64,000 nt of DNA from Felis catus (lineage: Eukaryota), in assembly GCF_018350175.1 (NCBI RefSeq), contig NC_058368.1, positions 82,958,001 to 83,022,000 on the forward strand, in the 5' to 3' direction. The translations under genes and the position numbers were made by a program. Below, piece after piece: positions 49,301 to 62,605 of this stretch. Under the pieces are notes generated by a model that saw nothing but the letters and a program-made list of their open reading frames with translations, was not told the DNA's origin and made no database searches. Within the stretch, counting starts at the first letter, position 1, and each line of letters opens with the position of its first letter.

Positions 49301-52300
49301 TGAAGAAGGGCATTATACCATAATTAAGGGGCCTATCCACCAAGAAGACCTAACAATTGTAAACATTTATGCTACAAATGTGATAATACCCAAATATATA
49401 AATCAATTATTCACAAACATAAAGAAAGCCATTGATAATAATAGCATAATAGCAGGGGACTTAAACACCACACTTAAAGCAATGGACATATCATCTGAAC
49501 AGAAACAAAACAAAACAAAACAGACAAGGAAACAATAGCTTTGAATGACACACTGGACCAGATCAAATTAACAGATATATCCAGAACATTTCATCCGAAA
49601 GCAGCAGAATATGCTTTCTTCTCCAGTGCACATGGAACATTGTCCAGAATAGACCACATACTAGGACACACATCATCCCTCAACAAGTACAAAAAGATTG
49701 AGATCATACTGTGCATATTTTCTGACCGCAACACTATGAAACTTGAAATCAATCACAAGAAAGAAAAATTGGGTAGGTAACAAATACTTAGAGACTAAAA
49801 AAATCCTACTAAAGAATGAATGGGCTAACTAAGAAGTTAAAGAGGAAATTAAGAAGTAAATTAAGAAATAAAAACAAGAGAATATTATGAGCAATTATAA
49901 ACCAATAAAATGAGCAATCTGGAAGAAATGGAAAATTTTCTAGAAACATATTCACTACGAAAACTGAAGCAAGAAGAAATAGAAAGTTTTAACAGACACA
50001 TTACCAGTAAAGAAATTGAATTAGTAATAATTAAAAAAAAACTCCCAAAACAAGAGTCCAGGGCCAGATGGTTTTCCAGGGGAACTCTACCAAACATTTA
50101 ATGGGGAGTTAACACCTATTCTCTTGAACCTGTTTCAAAAAATAGAAATGGAAGAAAACTTCCAAACTCTTTCTATGAGGCCAGCCAGCATTACCTTCAT
50201 TCCAACACCAGACACCATACTAAAAAGGAGAAATACAGACCAATTCTCCTGATAAACATGCATACAAAAATCCTCAACAAGATATTAGCCAATGGGATCC
50301 AACAATATGTTAAAAAAAATTATTCACCACGACCAAGTGGGATTTATACCTGGAATGCAGGGGTGGTTCAATATCTGCAAAACAATCAATGTGATTCATC
50401 ACATCAATAAAAGAAATGACAAGAACCACTTGAGCCTTTCAATAGATACAGAGAAAGAATTTGACAAAATACAACACCCTTTCTTGATAAAATCTCTCAA
50501 TAAAGTAGGTATAGACAGAACATACCTCAAGATCATAAAAGCCATATATGAAAGACACAATGCTATTATCATCCTCAATGGGGAAAAACTGAGAGCTTTC
50601 CCCCTGAAGTCAGGAACAAGAGAAAGATGTCCACTATTCCCACTGCCATTCAACATAGTACTGGAAGTCTTAACTTCAACAATCAGAAAACACAAAGAAA
50701 TAAAACGCATCCAAATCAGCCAGGAAGAGGTCAAACTTTCACTCTTCGCAGATGACTTGATACTCTATATGGAAAACCTTAAAGATTCCACCAGAAAACT
50801 GCTCGAACTGATTCATGAATTCAGCAAAGTTATAGGATTAAAATTAATGCACAGACATCTGTTGCATTCATATACACTAACAATGAAGGAACAGAAAAAG
50901 AAATCAAGGAATCGATCCCATTTACAATTGCACCTAAAAGCATAAAATACCTAGGAATAAATCTAACCAAAGAGGTGAAAAATCTATACACTGAAAACTA
51001 TAGAAAGCTTCTGAAAGAAATTGGAGAAGACACAAAAAAAGGAAAAAAAAACATTTCTTGCTCCTAGGTGGGAAGAACAAATATTGTCAAAATGTCAATA
51101 CTACCCAAAGCAATCTATATATTCAATGCAATACCTATCAAAATTACACCAGCATTCTTCACAGACCTAGAAAAAACCCTCCTAAATTTTGTGTGGAAGC
51201 AGAAAATAACCAGAATAGCCAAAGCAATCTTGAAAAAGAAAACCAAACAGGAGGCATCACAATCCCGGATTCAAGCTGTATTACAAAGTTGTAATAATCT
51301 AGATAGTATAGTATTGGCACAAGAAAAGATACTCAGATCAATAGAACAGAATAGAGAATCCAGAATGGACCCAGAAACATATGGCCAACTGATCTTTGAC
51401 AAAACAGGAAAGACTATTCAGTGGAATAAAGACAGTGTCTTCAGCAATTGGTGCTGGAAAAACTGGACAGCAACATGCAGAAAAATGAACCTGGCCACTT
51501 TCTCACACCATACACAAAAATAAACTCAAAATGGATGAAAGAGCTCAATGTAAGACAGGAAGCCATCAAAATCCTCAAGGAGAAAGCAGGCAAAAACCTC
51601 TTTGATTTTTGCCATGCCAACTTCTTACTCAACATATCTCCAGAGGCAAGGGAAACGAAAGCAAAAATGAACTATTGGGACCTCATCAAAATAAAAAGCT
51701 TCTGCACAGTGAAAGAAATAATTAGCAAAACTAAAAGGCATGTGGCAGAATGGGAGAAGATATTTGCAAATGACATAGCCAAAGGGTTAGTATCCAAAAT
51801 CTATAAAGAACTTACCAAACTAAACACCCAGAAAACAAATAATCCAGTGAAGAAATTGGTAAATGATATGAGTAGACACTTCTCCAAAGAAGACATCCAG
51901 ATGGCCAACTGACACATGAAAAAATACTCAACATCACTTGTCAGGGAAATTCAAATCAAAACCACAAAGAGATACCACCTCACGCCTGTCAAAGTGGGTA
52001 GCAGTAACAACTCAGGCAACAACAGATGCTGGCAAGGATATGGATTAGAGGATCTCTTTTGCACTGCTGGTAAGAATGCAAACTGGTGCAGCCACTCTGG
52101 AAAATAGTATGGAGGTTCTTCAAAAACCTAAAAATAGAACTACCCTATGATCCAGCAATTGCACTACTAGGTATTTATCCAACAGATACAGGTATGGTGT
52201 TTCAAAGGGGCACGTGCACCACAATGTTCATAGCAGCACTATCAAGAATAGCCAAAGTATGGAAAGAGCCCAAATGTCCATCGATGGATGAATAGATAAA

Positions 52301-52689
52301 GAAGATGTTTCATACACACACACACACAATGGAGTATTACTTGGAAATCGCAAAAATGAAATCTTGCCATTTGCAACTACATGGATGGAACTGTAGGGTA
52401 TTATACTAAGCGAAATTAGTCAGTCAGAGAAAGACAAATATCATATGACTTCACTCATATGAAGACTTTAAGACATAGAACATATGAACACAAAGGATGA
52501 GAAGCAAAAATCATATAAAAAGAGGGAGGGGGACAAAACATAAGAGACTCTTAAATATGGATGGAGAACAGAGGGTTACTGGAAGGGCTGTAGGAAGTCG
52601 GATGGGCTAAATGGGTAGGGGGAATCAAGGAATCTACCCCTGAAATCATATGCTAACTTGAATGTAAATGAAAAATTAATTAATTAATT
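46355..52689 (+). mobile_element. Full-length L1 (L1 #6) nested in ORF2 of L1 #5, inactive
   Basis: Starts ggagccAAGATGGtag. ORF1 ~48044-48926, ORF2 ~49030-52470, then a 3'UTR. TSD taaaaaaatctcc at 46337-46349 and 52689-52701. Confidence 0.93.
49030..52470 (+). pseudogene. L1 ORF2 remnant of L1 #6
   Basis: Endonuclease fragments (49185-49780), a 217-aa RT fragment (50292-50945, [12 protein letters not shown]...LFADDLILY) and C-terminal fragments. Frameshifts and an internal deletion near 49870. Confidence 0.9.
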
Positions 52690-53933
52690 AAAAAAATCTC
52701 CAACAAACAAAAGTCCAGGGACAAATGGCTTCCCAAGACTTTCCCAAGGAAATTCTATCAGATATTTAAGAAGCATAATACTTATTTTCCTCAAACTATT
52801 CAAAAAAAAAAACAAAACAGAAACGGAAAGAAAACTTCCAAACTCACTATGCAAGGTCAGCATTACATTTATTCCAAAACCACACAATGATCCGACTACA
52901 AAGGATGACTACAAGCCAATATCCCTGATGAACACAAATGCAAAAATTCTCAGGAATACACTAACAAATTTAATTCAACATTACATTAAAATGATTATTC
53001 ACCACAATTAAGTGGTATTTATCCCTGGGATGCAGGGCTGGTTCAATATTCACACATCAATCAACGTGATACACCACTAATAAAAGAAAGGATAAGAACC
53101 ATATGATCTTGTCAATAAATGCAGAAAAAGCATTTAACGAAGTACAGCATCCATTCTTGATAAAAGTAGGGATAGATGAAACATACCTCAACATTTAAAT
53201 GTCATATATGAAAGACAAATAGCTAATATCGTTCTCAATGGGAAAAAATAAAACCTGAAAGCCCTTTTCCCATAGCTAAGAACAAGACAAGGATGCCTAT
53301 ACTTACTATTGCTACTTAGCATAGTACTGGAAATCTTAGCCTCTGCAATCAGACACAAAGAAATAAATGTCATACAAATTGGCAAGGAAGACGTCAAACT
53401 CAAATTTGCAGATTACATGATACTTTGTGTAGAAAACCTGAAAGATTCCACCAAAATATTGCTAGAACCAATGCGTGAATTCAGTAGAGTCACAAAAAGG
53501 AAAATAAATGTGCAGAAATCTGTTGCATTTCTATATGCAAAGAACAAAGCGAAAAAAGAAATCAAGGAATCATCCTATTTACAATTGTAACAAAACCAAC
53601 ATACTTAGGAATAAACCTAACCAAAAAGATAAAAATATTGTACTCTGAAAACTATAGAAGACATAAAATAAAGGGGACACAAAGAAATGGAAAGCATCCC
53701 ATACTCATGGATTAGAACAAACTTTGTTAAAATGTCTATAGTACTTAAAGCAATCTACACATTTAATACAATTACAACCAAAATACCACCAGCATTTATT
53801 TTTTCAGAGATAGAACAAACTATCAAAAAATGTGTAAGGAACCACAAAATACCCCAAATATCTGAAACAATCCTGAAAAATAAAAACAAAACTGGAGGCA
53901 TAACTGTTCTGGATTTCAAGCTATATTATAAAG

Positions 53934-54085
53934 CTCACAAACTGTGAGATGAAGTCCTGCATTGGGCATTATGCTGAGCATAGAGTCTGCTTGGTATTCT
54001 CTCTCTTTCTCTCTCTTTGCTCCTCCCTTGCTTGAACTCTCTCTTTCTCTCTCAAAATAAATAAATAAACAAACATTAAAAAAAA
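53934..54085 (+). mobile_element. CanSINE missing its 5' head
   Basis: Begins mid-body (ctcacaaactgtgagatgaagtcctgc), followed by (CT)n and aaataaataaataaacaaacattaaaaaaaa. Confidence 0.85.
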
Positions 54086-54859
54086 CAAAAGGAATTAACA
54101 TTGGGGAATTAAAAGAGGCAAATCAAGAAACACTCAAATGTACTGAGCAAACTGATGATTACTGGAAGGAAGGTGGGCAGGGGGACGGGTTAAATATGTG
54201 ATGGGTATTGAGGGCACGTGTGATGAACACTGGCTTTTGTATATAAGTGATGAATCAGTAAATTCTACACTTGAAACTAATATTACACTGTAGTTAACTA
54301 ATTTAAATTAAAATTTGTAAGAAAAATGTTAATCAAAATGTAAGATTTGTTACTAATACAGGCCTCAGTCTTATATGAGCCTGAAGTAAATAGTGAATGT
54401 GTAGACTAACCATCCTTAAATACCAATGGTAAGTTACCAAATGACTAGATTTATTAATAAAATCCCGTCACATGACAGAACCTGTGAACATTATAATAAA
54501 AACTCGCTAATTCAAACTGTGGGAGAACATTAATCTAACGGAGGAAAAGGTTCCAATTCTGGTGTATTTAAGAAGAAATATCATTTTATCTTTTTCAAGC
54601 ACAATGAATTGCCATTTAGTTAAAATAATTAAGGAGTTTCTGGATTTGCTTAATTAAGAGTTATGCAACATGTATCAATTTGTCAGCTTTCGTGGAATTA
54701 AATAAAATGATATGTATTTAAAACTAATTTAATTAATTAAAATTTGGGGAAAATTTTAAAAAATTTAAAAATAAATAAATCAGGAAAATAAAGAGTAAAA
54801 AGGAAAAAAAAAGATTCCCCCAATGATTATGTTATATAACCAAAGTACATTATCCAACT

Positions 54860-55480
54860 CAGAAAACTGACTTTGGTAGTACACTATTATACCTCATTTG
54901 AGTATCACCACTTCTCTTATGCAATTGTGTGTGTGTGTGTATAATATAGAGTTCTATAAAATTTTGCCACATTGTTAATGCATATAAAGATTACTACAAT
55001 AATGATAAAGACTTTTTCACAACAATACTCTTTTGTATTACTTCCTAATAGTCACACCTCTGATCTATTTTTCATTATTATAATTTCATCTCTCTCTTTC
55101 TCTCTTTCTCTTTCTCATACATATGTATATACATATACACACACACATATATGTGCATCTATATACATGTATAAATATATACATATGGATACACTACATA
55201 TATGCATATACTTTATAGTCTGAGATAGTCTTGTTAACTTAGCACAATGCCCTTAAGAGATCTACCAAGTCAATAGCATGTATCAAAAATTTACTTTACT
55301 TCTGAGAACCATTATATTGTATGGTTGAGTGAAGGTTTTAAAATATATATATTAACATTCAATGATTTTTAATATTATGCTAACAATCTTCATCATCATT
55401 ATCATCACCATCATTGTTATCATCATCATTTGTATAACATGTTTATATTGGCTTTTAACGTTTAGGGAGAAATTTGCTGC
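54860..55480 (-). mobile_element. Very old L1 3' fragment with low-complexity (TA/CA, CAT) tracts
   Basis: Weak antisense L1MC/MD-like 3'UTR similarity (tttacttctgagaaccattatattgtatgg); (CAT)n at ~55388-55428. Confidence 0.45.
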
Positions 55481-55524
55481 ACTGTTCTTTAATATTTTCA
55501 TTTTACCTTTTTTCCTTACCTTTT

Positions 55525-58500
55525 GATTATGTTTAATCATTTTTTTCTACCCCCCCCATCTCCTGCTTCAGGCAACAGCCAATCTGTTCTATTTGTAAGC
55601 TTGTTTTACCTGGTTTTTAAATTCCACCTACAAGAAAGATCATATGGAATTTGTCTTCCTCCAAATGGCCTGTTTCTCATGCATAATAACTTCAAGTTCC
55701 ATCCATATTGTCTCAAATAGCAAAATCTCATTTTTATGGCTGAATAGTATTCCATTGTATACATATGCCCATTAATGGACACTTAGGTTATTTCCATATC
55801 TTGACTATTGTAAATAATGCTGCAATGAATATAAAAGTGCATATGTCATTTCCAGTCAGTGTTTTTTATTTTCTTTGGATAAATACCCAGAAATGGAACA
55901 ATAGGGTAGTTTTACTTTTTGCTTTTTTTGAATAACTTCCATACTCTTCCATAGTGACTGCACCAATTTACATTTCCACCAATAGTGCACATCGTAATCA
56001 ACTCCTGTTATTTCTTGTCTTTTTGGTAATAGCCATTCTGAGAGATGTGAGTTCATATCTCATTGTGGTTTCTATTTAAATTTCCCTGATGAAAATACTT
56101 TAAGCATCACTTCATGACTATGGGCCATATGTGTGTCTTCTTTGGAAATTGTCTATTCGGATCTTCCTTTTTTTTAATCAAACGGTTAATTTGCTTTTGA
56201 GTTTAATGAGTTCTTTATATATTTTGTGTATTAAACTCTTATCATGTACATGGTTTTCAACTATTTTGTCCCATCCAATAGGTTTCTTTTTCATTTTGTT
56301 AATGGCATTCTTTGTATGAAAGCTTTGTAGTTTGATTTTATCCCACTTGTTTATTTTTGCCTTTATTCCTTTTACTTTTGTACCAAATTTAAATGATCAC
56401 CAGGATCTATGTCAAAGGGTTTATTGCCTATATTAAAGTCTTTAATTAAGACTTAAATTTTGTTTGTGGTGTAAGATAGTGACCCAGTATCATTCATTTG
56501 CATGTACCTATTTTTCCCAACTGCATTTAGTGAGGAAACTTTCCTTTCCCCATTGTGTATTCTTGGTCACTGTGTCCTAAACTAATTTACCATGTATGCT
56601 TTGGTTTATTTCTGAGTCTCTATTCTGCTTCATTGATCTATGCATATGTTTTATGCCAATGAATACTGTTTTAATTACTATGGCTTTATAATAGAGTTTG
56701 GAATCAGGAACATGATGCCTTCAGCTTTGTTTTTCTCAAAATTACATTGGGTATTCGGGGTCTTTTGCTGTTCTATATATTTTTTTGATGATTTGTTCTA
56801 TTTTTGTGAATAATAACATTAGAATATTGATAAAGATTTCATTGAATTCATATATCACTTTGAAGAGTATGGACATTTTAGCAATATTGACTCTTGTAAT
56901 CCATGAGCACAGAATATTTTTCCACTTGTGTCTTTTTTAATTTCTTTCACTATTGTCTTTACAGAATACAGGTCTTTCACCTTTTTTGTAAAATTGCTTT
57001 CTAGGTGTTTTATTATTTTTGATGTGTTATAAATGAGAATTCTTTTTAATTTTTTTTGATATTTTGTAGTATATGCTATGTAGTGTTGGCGATGGTTATA
57101 GCCAACATGAAACAGCAAGTGTTTTGATTTAAATTTTGTATCTTGCAGCTTTACTGGATGTGTTTATTAGTTATATTGGCCTTGTTGGTGGAGTTTAGGG
57201 GTTTCTATATATAAAATCATGTAATCTGAAATAAGTGACAGTTGTACTCTTACTTTTCAGTTTGGAGGTATTTTATTTTTCTTTTGTAATGAGTCTGGGT
57301 AAGACTTCCAATACAATGTTGAATAAAAATGGCTTGAGAGGGCAACCTTGTCTTATTTCTGATCTTAGAGGAAAAAAGTTAAACTTTTCCTTGCTGAGGA
57401 TGGTGTCACCTGTGGATTTATCATTTATGGCCCTGATTACATGGATGTATACTCTTTCTATACTTATTTTGTTTAAAGTTTTTATAATAAATGTATGCCA
57501 AATTTTAAAATGATTTTTCAGTATGTATTGAGTTGATTATACACTTTCTATCCTTTATTTTGTTAATGTTGTGTATCACATTGACTGATTTTCCAATGTT
57601 GAACAATGCATGCATCCTTGGAGTGAATCCCACTCAATCATTATGTATGAGATTTTGAATGTAGTGTATAATTCTATTTGTTACTATTTTGTTGAGGATT
57701 ATTGCATCTATATTCACCAGGGATGTTGATCTGTAATTTTATTTTCTTTAAACATTTTTGTGTGGTGTTGTCGTGAAGGTAACTGTGGTTTCATAAAATA
57801 TGTTTAGATTTTAATTCTCTTCTATTTTTTGGAAGAGCTTGAATGTTGTTACAATTCACCAGTGAAGCCATCTGGTTCCAAACTTTTCTTTGAAAAAATT
57901 TTTGATTATTGACTTAATGTCCTTATTAGTAATAAACCATTGAGTATTTCTTTATAGTTCAGGCTTGGTAAGTTGTATGTCGCTAGGACTTACCCACATT
58001 TACAGTTTGTAAAATTTGTTGCTTCATAATTGTTCATAGACGTTACATAAACCCCCCACCATTTTTTTGTATTTTTATGGTAACAGTTGTAAAGTTGTAA
58101 CATCTGTTTTAATTGCCATTAAAAGTCTCATCTTTTTTTTTTTCTTTTTTAGAGTCTAGGTAAATATTTGTCAATTTTGCTTATGTAAAAAAAACGTAGT
58201 TTTTTTTTTTTCAAGTAAGCTTCATGCTTAGCGTGCAGTCCAACATGGGGCTTGAACTCAGGACCCTGAGATCAAGACCTGAGCTGAGACCAAGAAGAGC
58301 CCACTTAGCCGACTGAGGCACCCAGGTGCACCGATTTTATTGATGTTTTTATATTGTCTTTTTAATATCTATTTCATATAGTTTTCTTCTAATATTTGTT
58401 TTTTCTCCTTCCACAAACTTTGGACTTCATTTTTTCAGTTTTTTTTCTAGTTTCTTAAGATGCAATGCTGTTTATTTTAGACTTTTCTTGTTTCTTCAGG

Positions 58501-58890
58501 TAGGCATTTGCCAAAATAAACTTTCCTTTTAGAATTGCTTTACCTGAATGTCATAAGTTTTAATACACTTTATTTTTATTTTCATTAGTACCAACATATT
58601 TTAATTAATTTTTTAATTTCTTATTTGATCCATCAGTTGTTCGGTAATATGTTATTTAATTTCCACATATTTCTATTTCTGAAATTTTCAATTATCTTTA
58701 TGTAATTTCTAGTTTCATACCATTGTGGACCAAAAATAGATACCTCATATGATTCCCATCCTTTAAAATTCACTAAGGCTTGTTTTTTGGCTGAACATAT
58801 AATCTATCCTGGAGAGTGTTCCATATGCAGTTGGGAAGAAAGTGTATTCTCTTGCTTTTGAATGCAGTGTTCTGTATATATCTAAGTTGT
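55525..58890 (-). mobile_element. Older L1 (L1MA/L1_Carn-like) ORF2 plus 3'UTR, antisense
   Basis: Antisense ORF2 motifs: ORF 55856-56056 (HYWWKCKLVQSLW) and 56855-57118 (FTKKVKDLYS). Confidence 0.85.
58200..58332 (-). mobile_element. Short CanSINE (no CT tract)
   Basis: T tail...ggggcttgaactcaggaccctgagatcaagacctgagc...gactgaggcacccaggtgcacc. Confidence 0.85.
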
Positions 58891-59625
58891 TAATACTCTC
58901 ATTTTAAACCTCAACAAAAAAACTTTGAGGAAACCAGCTGCCTAAAATTTTCAATAATAAAATTAATGGAAAGTTCAGTGACTCTCTTTCTGGTAGGTAA
59001 ATAATGTACAAATTTATTCAACTCCATTCATTTGCTATTTATCATCTATTTCATTTTCTTATGTTTTTAAGCACATTTGGAGAAAGCCTACGATTTGTCA
59101 ATGCCATATTCATTCTCCACATCTTATCTTTTAACAACGTCTCTAGTCTTGTAGAACAAAAAATATACTCAGGATGAAAAAAATAAGGTTTATCTTATTT
59201 CCTTCTGCCAGGGGAAGATGATCAGTTGAGGCTCTTTCAAACTTTTGAAAAGGCATGATATAACTAGTATTACCTTTTGTCTTATTCTTCTTTAAAATAA
59301 AGGGATGATGTGTGACTGCAGCAGCCATATAAAAACAAAGGAGAAAGAATAGAATTGCATATAACACTTAGTTCTGCCATCTGTGAGCCACTGAATCTGT
59401 GCTAGCAAAAGAGAAATTCTAGAATTCTGTTTTATGCTATCTGACATAGTCATTAACTGATACACATTTTTTTCTCTCTAGTATTGTTCAAATACATGGT
59501 TACCATATTTTAAGTAAAATATTACAAAATTTATTTATTGATATGTGTTGCTTTTGTTTTTTGCACTGATGATATGTCTATACAAAAAACAAGAGCCATA
59601 TCATTAAATAATCAGGTCTACTTTT

Positions 59626-59847
59626 GTTTTCTTTTTTTTAATTTTATTTATTTATTTTGAGAGAGAGAGAGAAACAGAGCACAAGTGGGGGGAGGGGCAG
59701 AAAGAGAGGGAGACATAGAATCTGAAACAGGCTCCAGGTTCTGAGTTGTCAGCACAGAGCCCGATGTGGGGCTCAAACCCATGAACCATGAGATCATAAC
59801 CTGAGCCAAAGTCAGATGCTTAACCAACTAAGCCACCCAGGCACCCC
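59626..59847 (-). mobile_element. CanSINE
   Basis: Full head ...ccacccaggcacccc. Perfect 17-bp TSD taatcaggtctactttt at 59609-59625 and 59902-59918. Confidence 0.95.
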
Positions 59848-59849
59848 TC

Positions 59850-59900
59850 TGTGTGTGTGTGCGTGTGTGTGTGCCTGTGTGTGTGTGTTTGTGTGTGTGT
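59850..59900. repeat. Interrupted (TG)n microsatellite
   Basis: Directly visible, lying between the SINE head and the right TSD. Confidence 0.95.
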
Positions 59901-61407
59901 TTAATCAGGTCTACTTTTAATAAGACAATTCATAAATCATTTAAAAACTACTCTATTTTTAAGTTTGAACCTAAAACATGAAGATTGTTTTCACTTTTTC
60001 TGTCATTTAATAAAAATGTTTATATTTTATTTTCCCATTCTGCAAATCCTCTAGCATACGGACACACTTAATAATGTTAATAATTAACCATGGCTAATAA
60101 TTACAAACAAGGGATTTTCCATAACTGTCTTATATAATGACAATCAACTGTTTGATTTTTTATTTTTTCGAGTAAACATATATATTCAGAGGATAGAGAC
60201 TACAGCTAAATATTAATTGACAAACTAATGGGATACACTAGATATTTTATTTCAAATCTGATTATAAAATGACCGGTGTAAATAATAAATTTTACATAAT
60301 AAGCTAACAAAGAAGAAGAGAGAACAGACAGGGCAGAAAAAAATATTTAAAGAAATACTAGTTTAAATTTTTGTCTAATTTGGGGAAGAAAACACACATC
60401 CAGGTGCAGGAAGTAAGATAACACTTAACTAGATAAACCAAATGAAGGCCATGATGAGACACATACTAATTAAAATGGCAAAAGTTAATTAGAATTTTAA
60501 AGGCACCAAGACAAGAATTTAAAAGCAGTTACACATGAGCAAACTTCATAAGGCTATCAATTGATTTTTCAGCAGAAATTTTAAAGACCATAAATGAATA
60601 CCATTATATATTCAAAGTATAGGAAAAAAAAGAAAAGAAAGACAAAAGAAAGAAAGAAAGAAAGAGAAAGAAAGAAAAAAGAAAGAAAACAAATTGGAAC
60701 CAAGAATACTCTACCTGACATGTTACCATTCAAAATTGAAGAGAAATAGAGTTTCTCAGGTAAAGAAAAGTAAAAGGAGTCAATCATCACCAAACCAACC
60801 TTCATAAAATGTAAGAGAATTCTTTAAGTGAAAAGAAAAGGTTGTAGCTAGGGCTAAGAAAATTATTAAAGCAAAAAATTTCACACACAAAAAGGAAACA
60901 TATGTTAAAAGTAATAGATTCATCATTTATAAAGCCAGTATGGAAGTTAAAAGAGAAAAGAAATAAAATCAATCATATCTACAAAAGTTAGTCAAAGGAC
61001 CAATAAAAAAAAATGTAAATTACGTATATGTAAAATGTATAAGGAGTCAGTAAAAATTTAATGCTTTTAGAATGTATTTTAACTTAAGAAACCATCAATG
61101 TCATATAGACTATTATACACACAGAGTGTTATATATAAACAAAATAGTAACCACAAGTCAAAAACCTGTAATAGATACATTACAAATAAAGATAAAGAGA
61201 TCAAAACACAAAAATAAATAAAACCATCAAACCACAAGGAAAGAGAGTGAGAAAAGAAGCAATGAATAGAGAACTACAAAAGCATACACAAAGTAGTAAA
61301 CAAAATGTCAATAAGTACAGACCTATCAATAATCAATTTAGATGGAAATGCAGTAAATCCTCCAATCAAAAGACATAAGATGACAATGGATTAAAAAAAC
61401 ACCCATA

Positions 61408-61608
61408 GGAGCATCTGGGTGGCTCAGTCGGTTAAGCAGCCAATTTAGGCTCAGGTCATGATCTCACAGTTTGTGGGTTCCAGCCCTCATTGGGCTCCAG
61501 GCTGACAGCTCAGAGCCTGAAGCCTCCTTTGGATTCTTTGTCTCCCTCTCTCTCCGTTCCACTCCCCTTCTTGCCCTCTGTCTCTAAAATAAAAAACATT
61601 TAGAAAAG
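61408..61608 (+). mobile_element. CanSINE
   Basis: Head ggagcatctgggtggctcagtcggttaag. Degenerate TSD aaaaaacacccat / aaaaaatactcat. Confidence 0.9.
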
Positions 61609-62292
61609 TAAAAAATACTCATCAATAAGCTCCTTACACGTGACTCACTTCAGATCTAAAGACACAGAAAGACTGAAAGTGAAGGAATGGAAAAAGACAC
61701 AATGCAAATGGAAGCATAAATGTGTCAAGATAGCACTACTTAGAAAAAATATGCTTTAAAACAAAGACTCTAGCAGAAGATAAAGTAGGATATTACATAA
61801 AAATATTAAACCAATAGCAGAATATGACAATTGTAAATATATATGCATCCAAAATTGGAACACCTAAATAAAGTAAATATTAACAGATATTACAAAATCT
61901 TCAGTAATACAATAATAGTAAAGTTTTAACACCACCCTCTATCATCAGATTATCTAAACACAAATCAGCACCAACAAAATAACAACAAAACAAAAAAACA
62001 ACAACAGCAAGAACAAACAGTAGCTATGAATGACACGTTAAATCAAATAGGCTTTACAAATATGTATAGAACATTTCATCCAAAAACGGCAGAATACATG
62101 TACTTTTCAGGTGCTCATGGTATATTCATGATAGATCACATACTGGGCCACAAAAATCTCAACAAATTTAAGAAGATTGAAATCATACCAAGCATATTTT
62201 CTGAATTGAACAGTATCAACTAGAAATCAGTTACAAAAAAGGAGGAAAAAACACGAGCATTTGACGGTCAGCAATGTTACTAAGCGAACGAT

Positions 62293-62397
62293 GGGGGTGC
62301 TTGATTGGCACAGTCAATAGAATATGCAACTGTTGATCTCAGGGTTGTGAGTTTGAGCCCTATGTTGGGTGTAGAGACTAGTTTAAAATAAAATTTT
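62293..62397 (+). mobile_element. Short old tRNA-derived CanSINE
   Basis: gggggtgcttgattggcacagtcaatagaatatgcaact...gagtttgagccctatgttgggtgtagag. Confidence 0.8.
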
Positions 62398-62605
62398 GGG
62401 ACACCTGGGTGATTCAGTTAAGTGTCTGATTCTTGAATTCAGCTAAGGTTATGATCTCACAGTTCATGGGTTGAAGCCCTGTGTTGGGCTCTATGCTGAC
62501 AGTGTTGAGCCTACTTGGGATTTTTCTCTCCCTCTTTCTCTTCCCCTCACCTGCTCACACTTGTGCTCTTTCTTGCCCTCAAAACTAAATAAGTAAACAG
62601 TTAAG
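62398..62605 (+). mobile_element. CanSINE inserted in the tail of the preceding SINE
   Basis: gggacacctgggtgattcagttaag head, flanked by aaataaaat on both sides. Confidence 0.85.

Larger units (their letters stand above)
42230..54325 (+). mobile_element. Older full-length-type L1 (L1 #5), split by L1 #6, with the ORF2 C-terminus deleted
   Basis: 5' end ttAAGATGGtag (~42238). ORF1 to 44902 (QAILRGTL*). ORF2 runs to 46350 and resumes at ~52700 (caacaaacaaaagtccagggac). 3'UTR at 54086-54325. Confidence 0.85.

Noticed and set aside
59143..59230. Minus-strand LAEGNKINLIFFILSIFF as a displaced OR N-terminus
   Set aside because: No Met, no N-x-S/T glycosylation site, and the downstream sequence is not OR-like.
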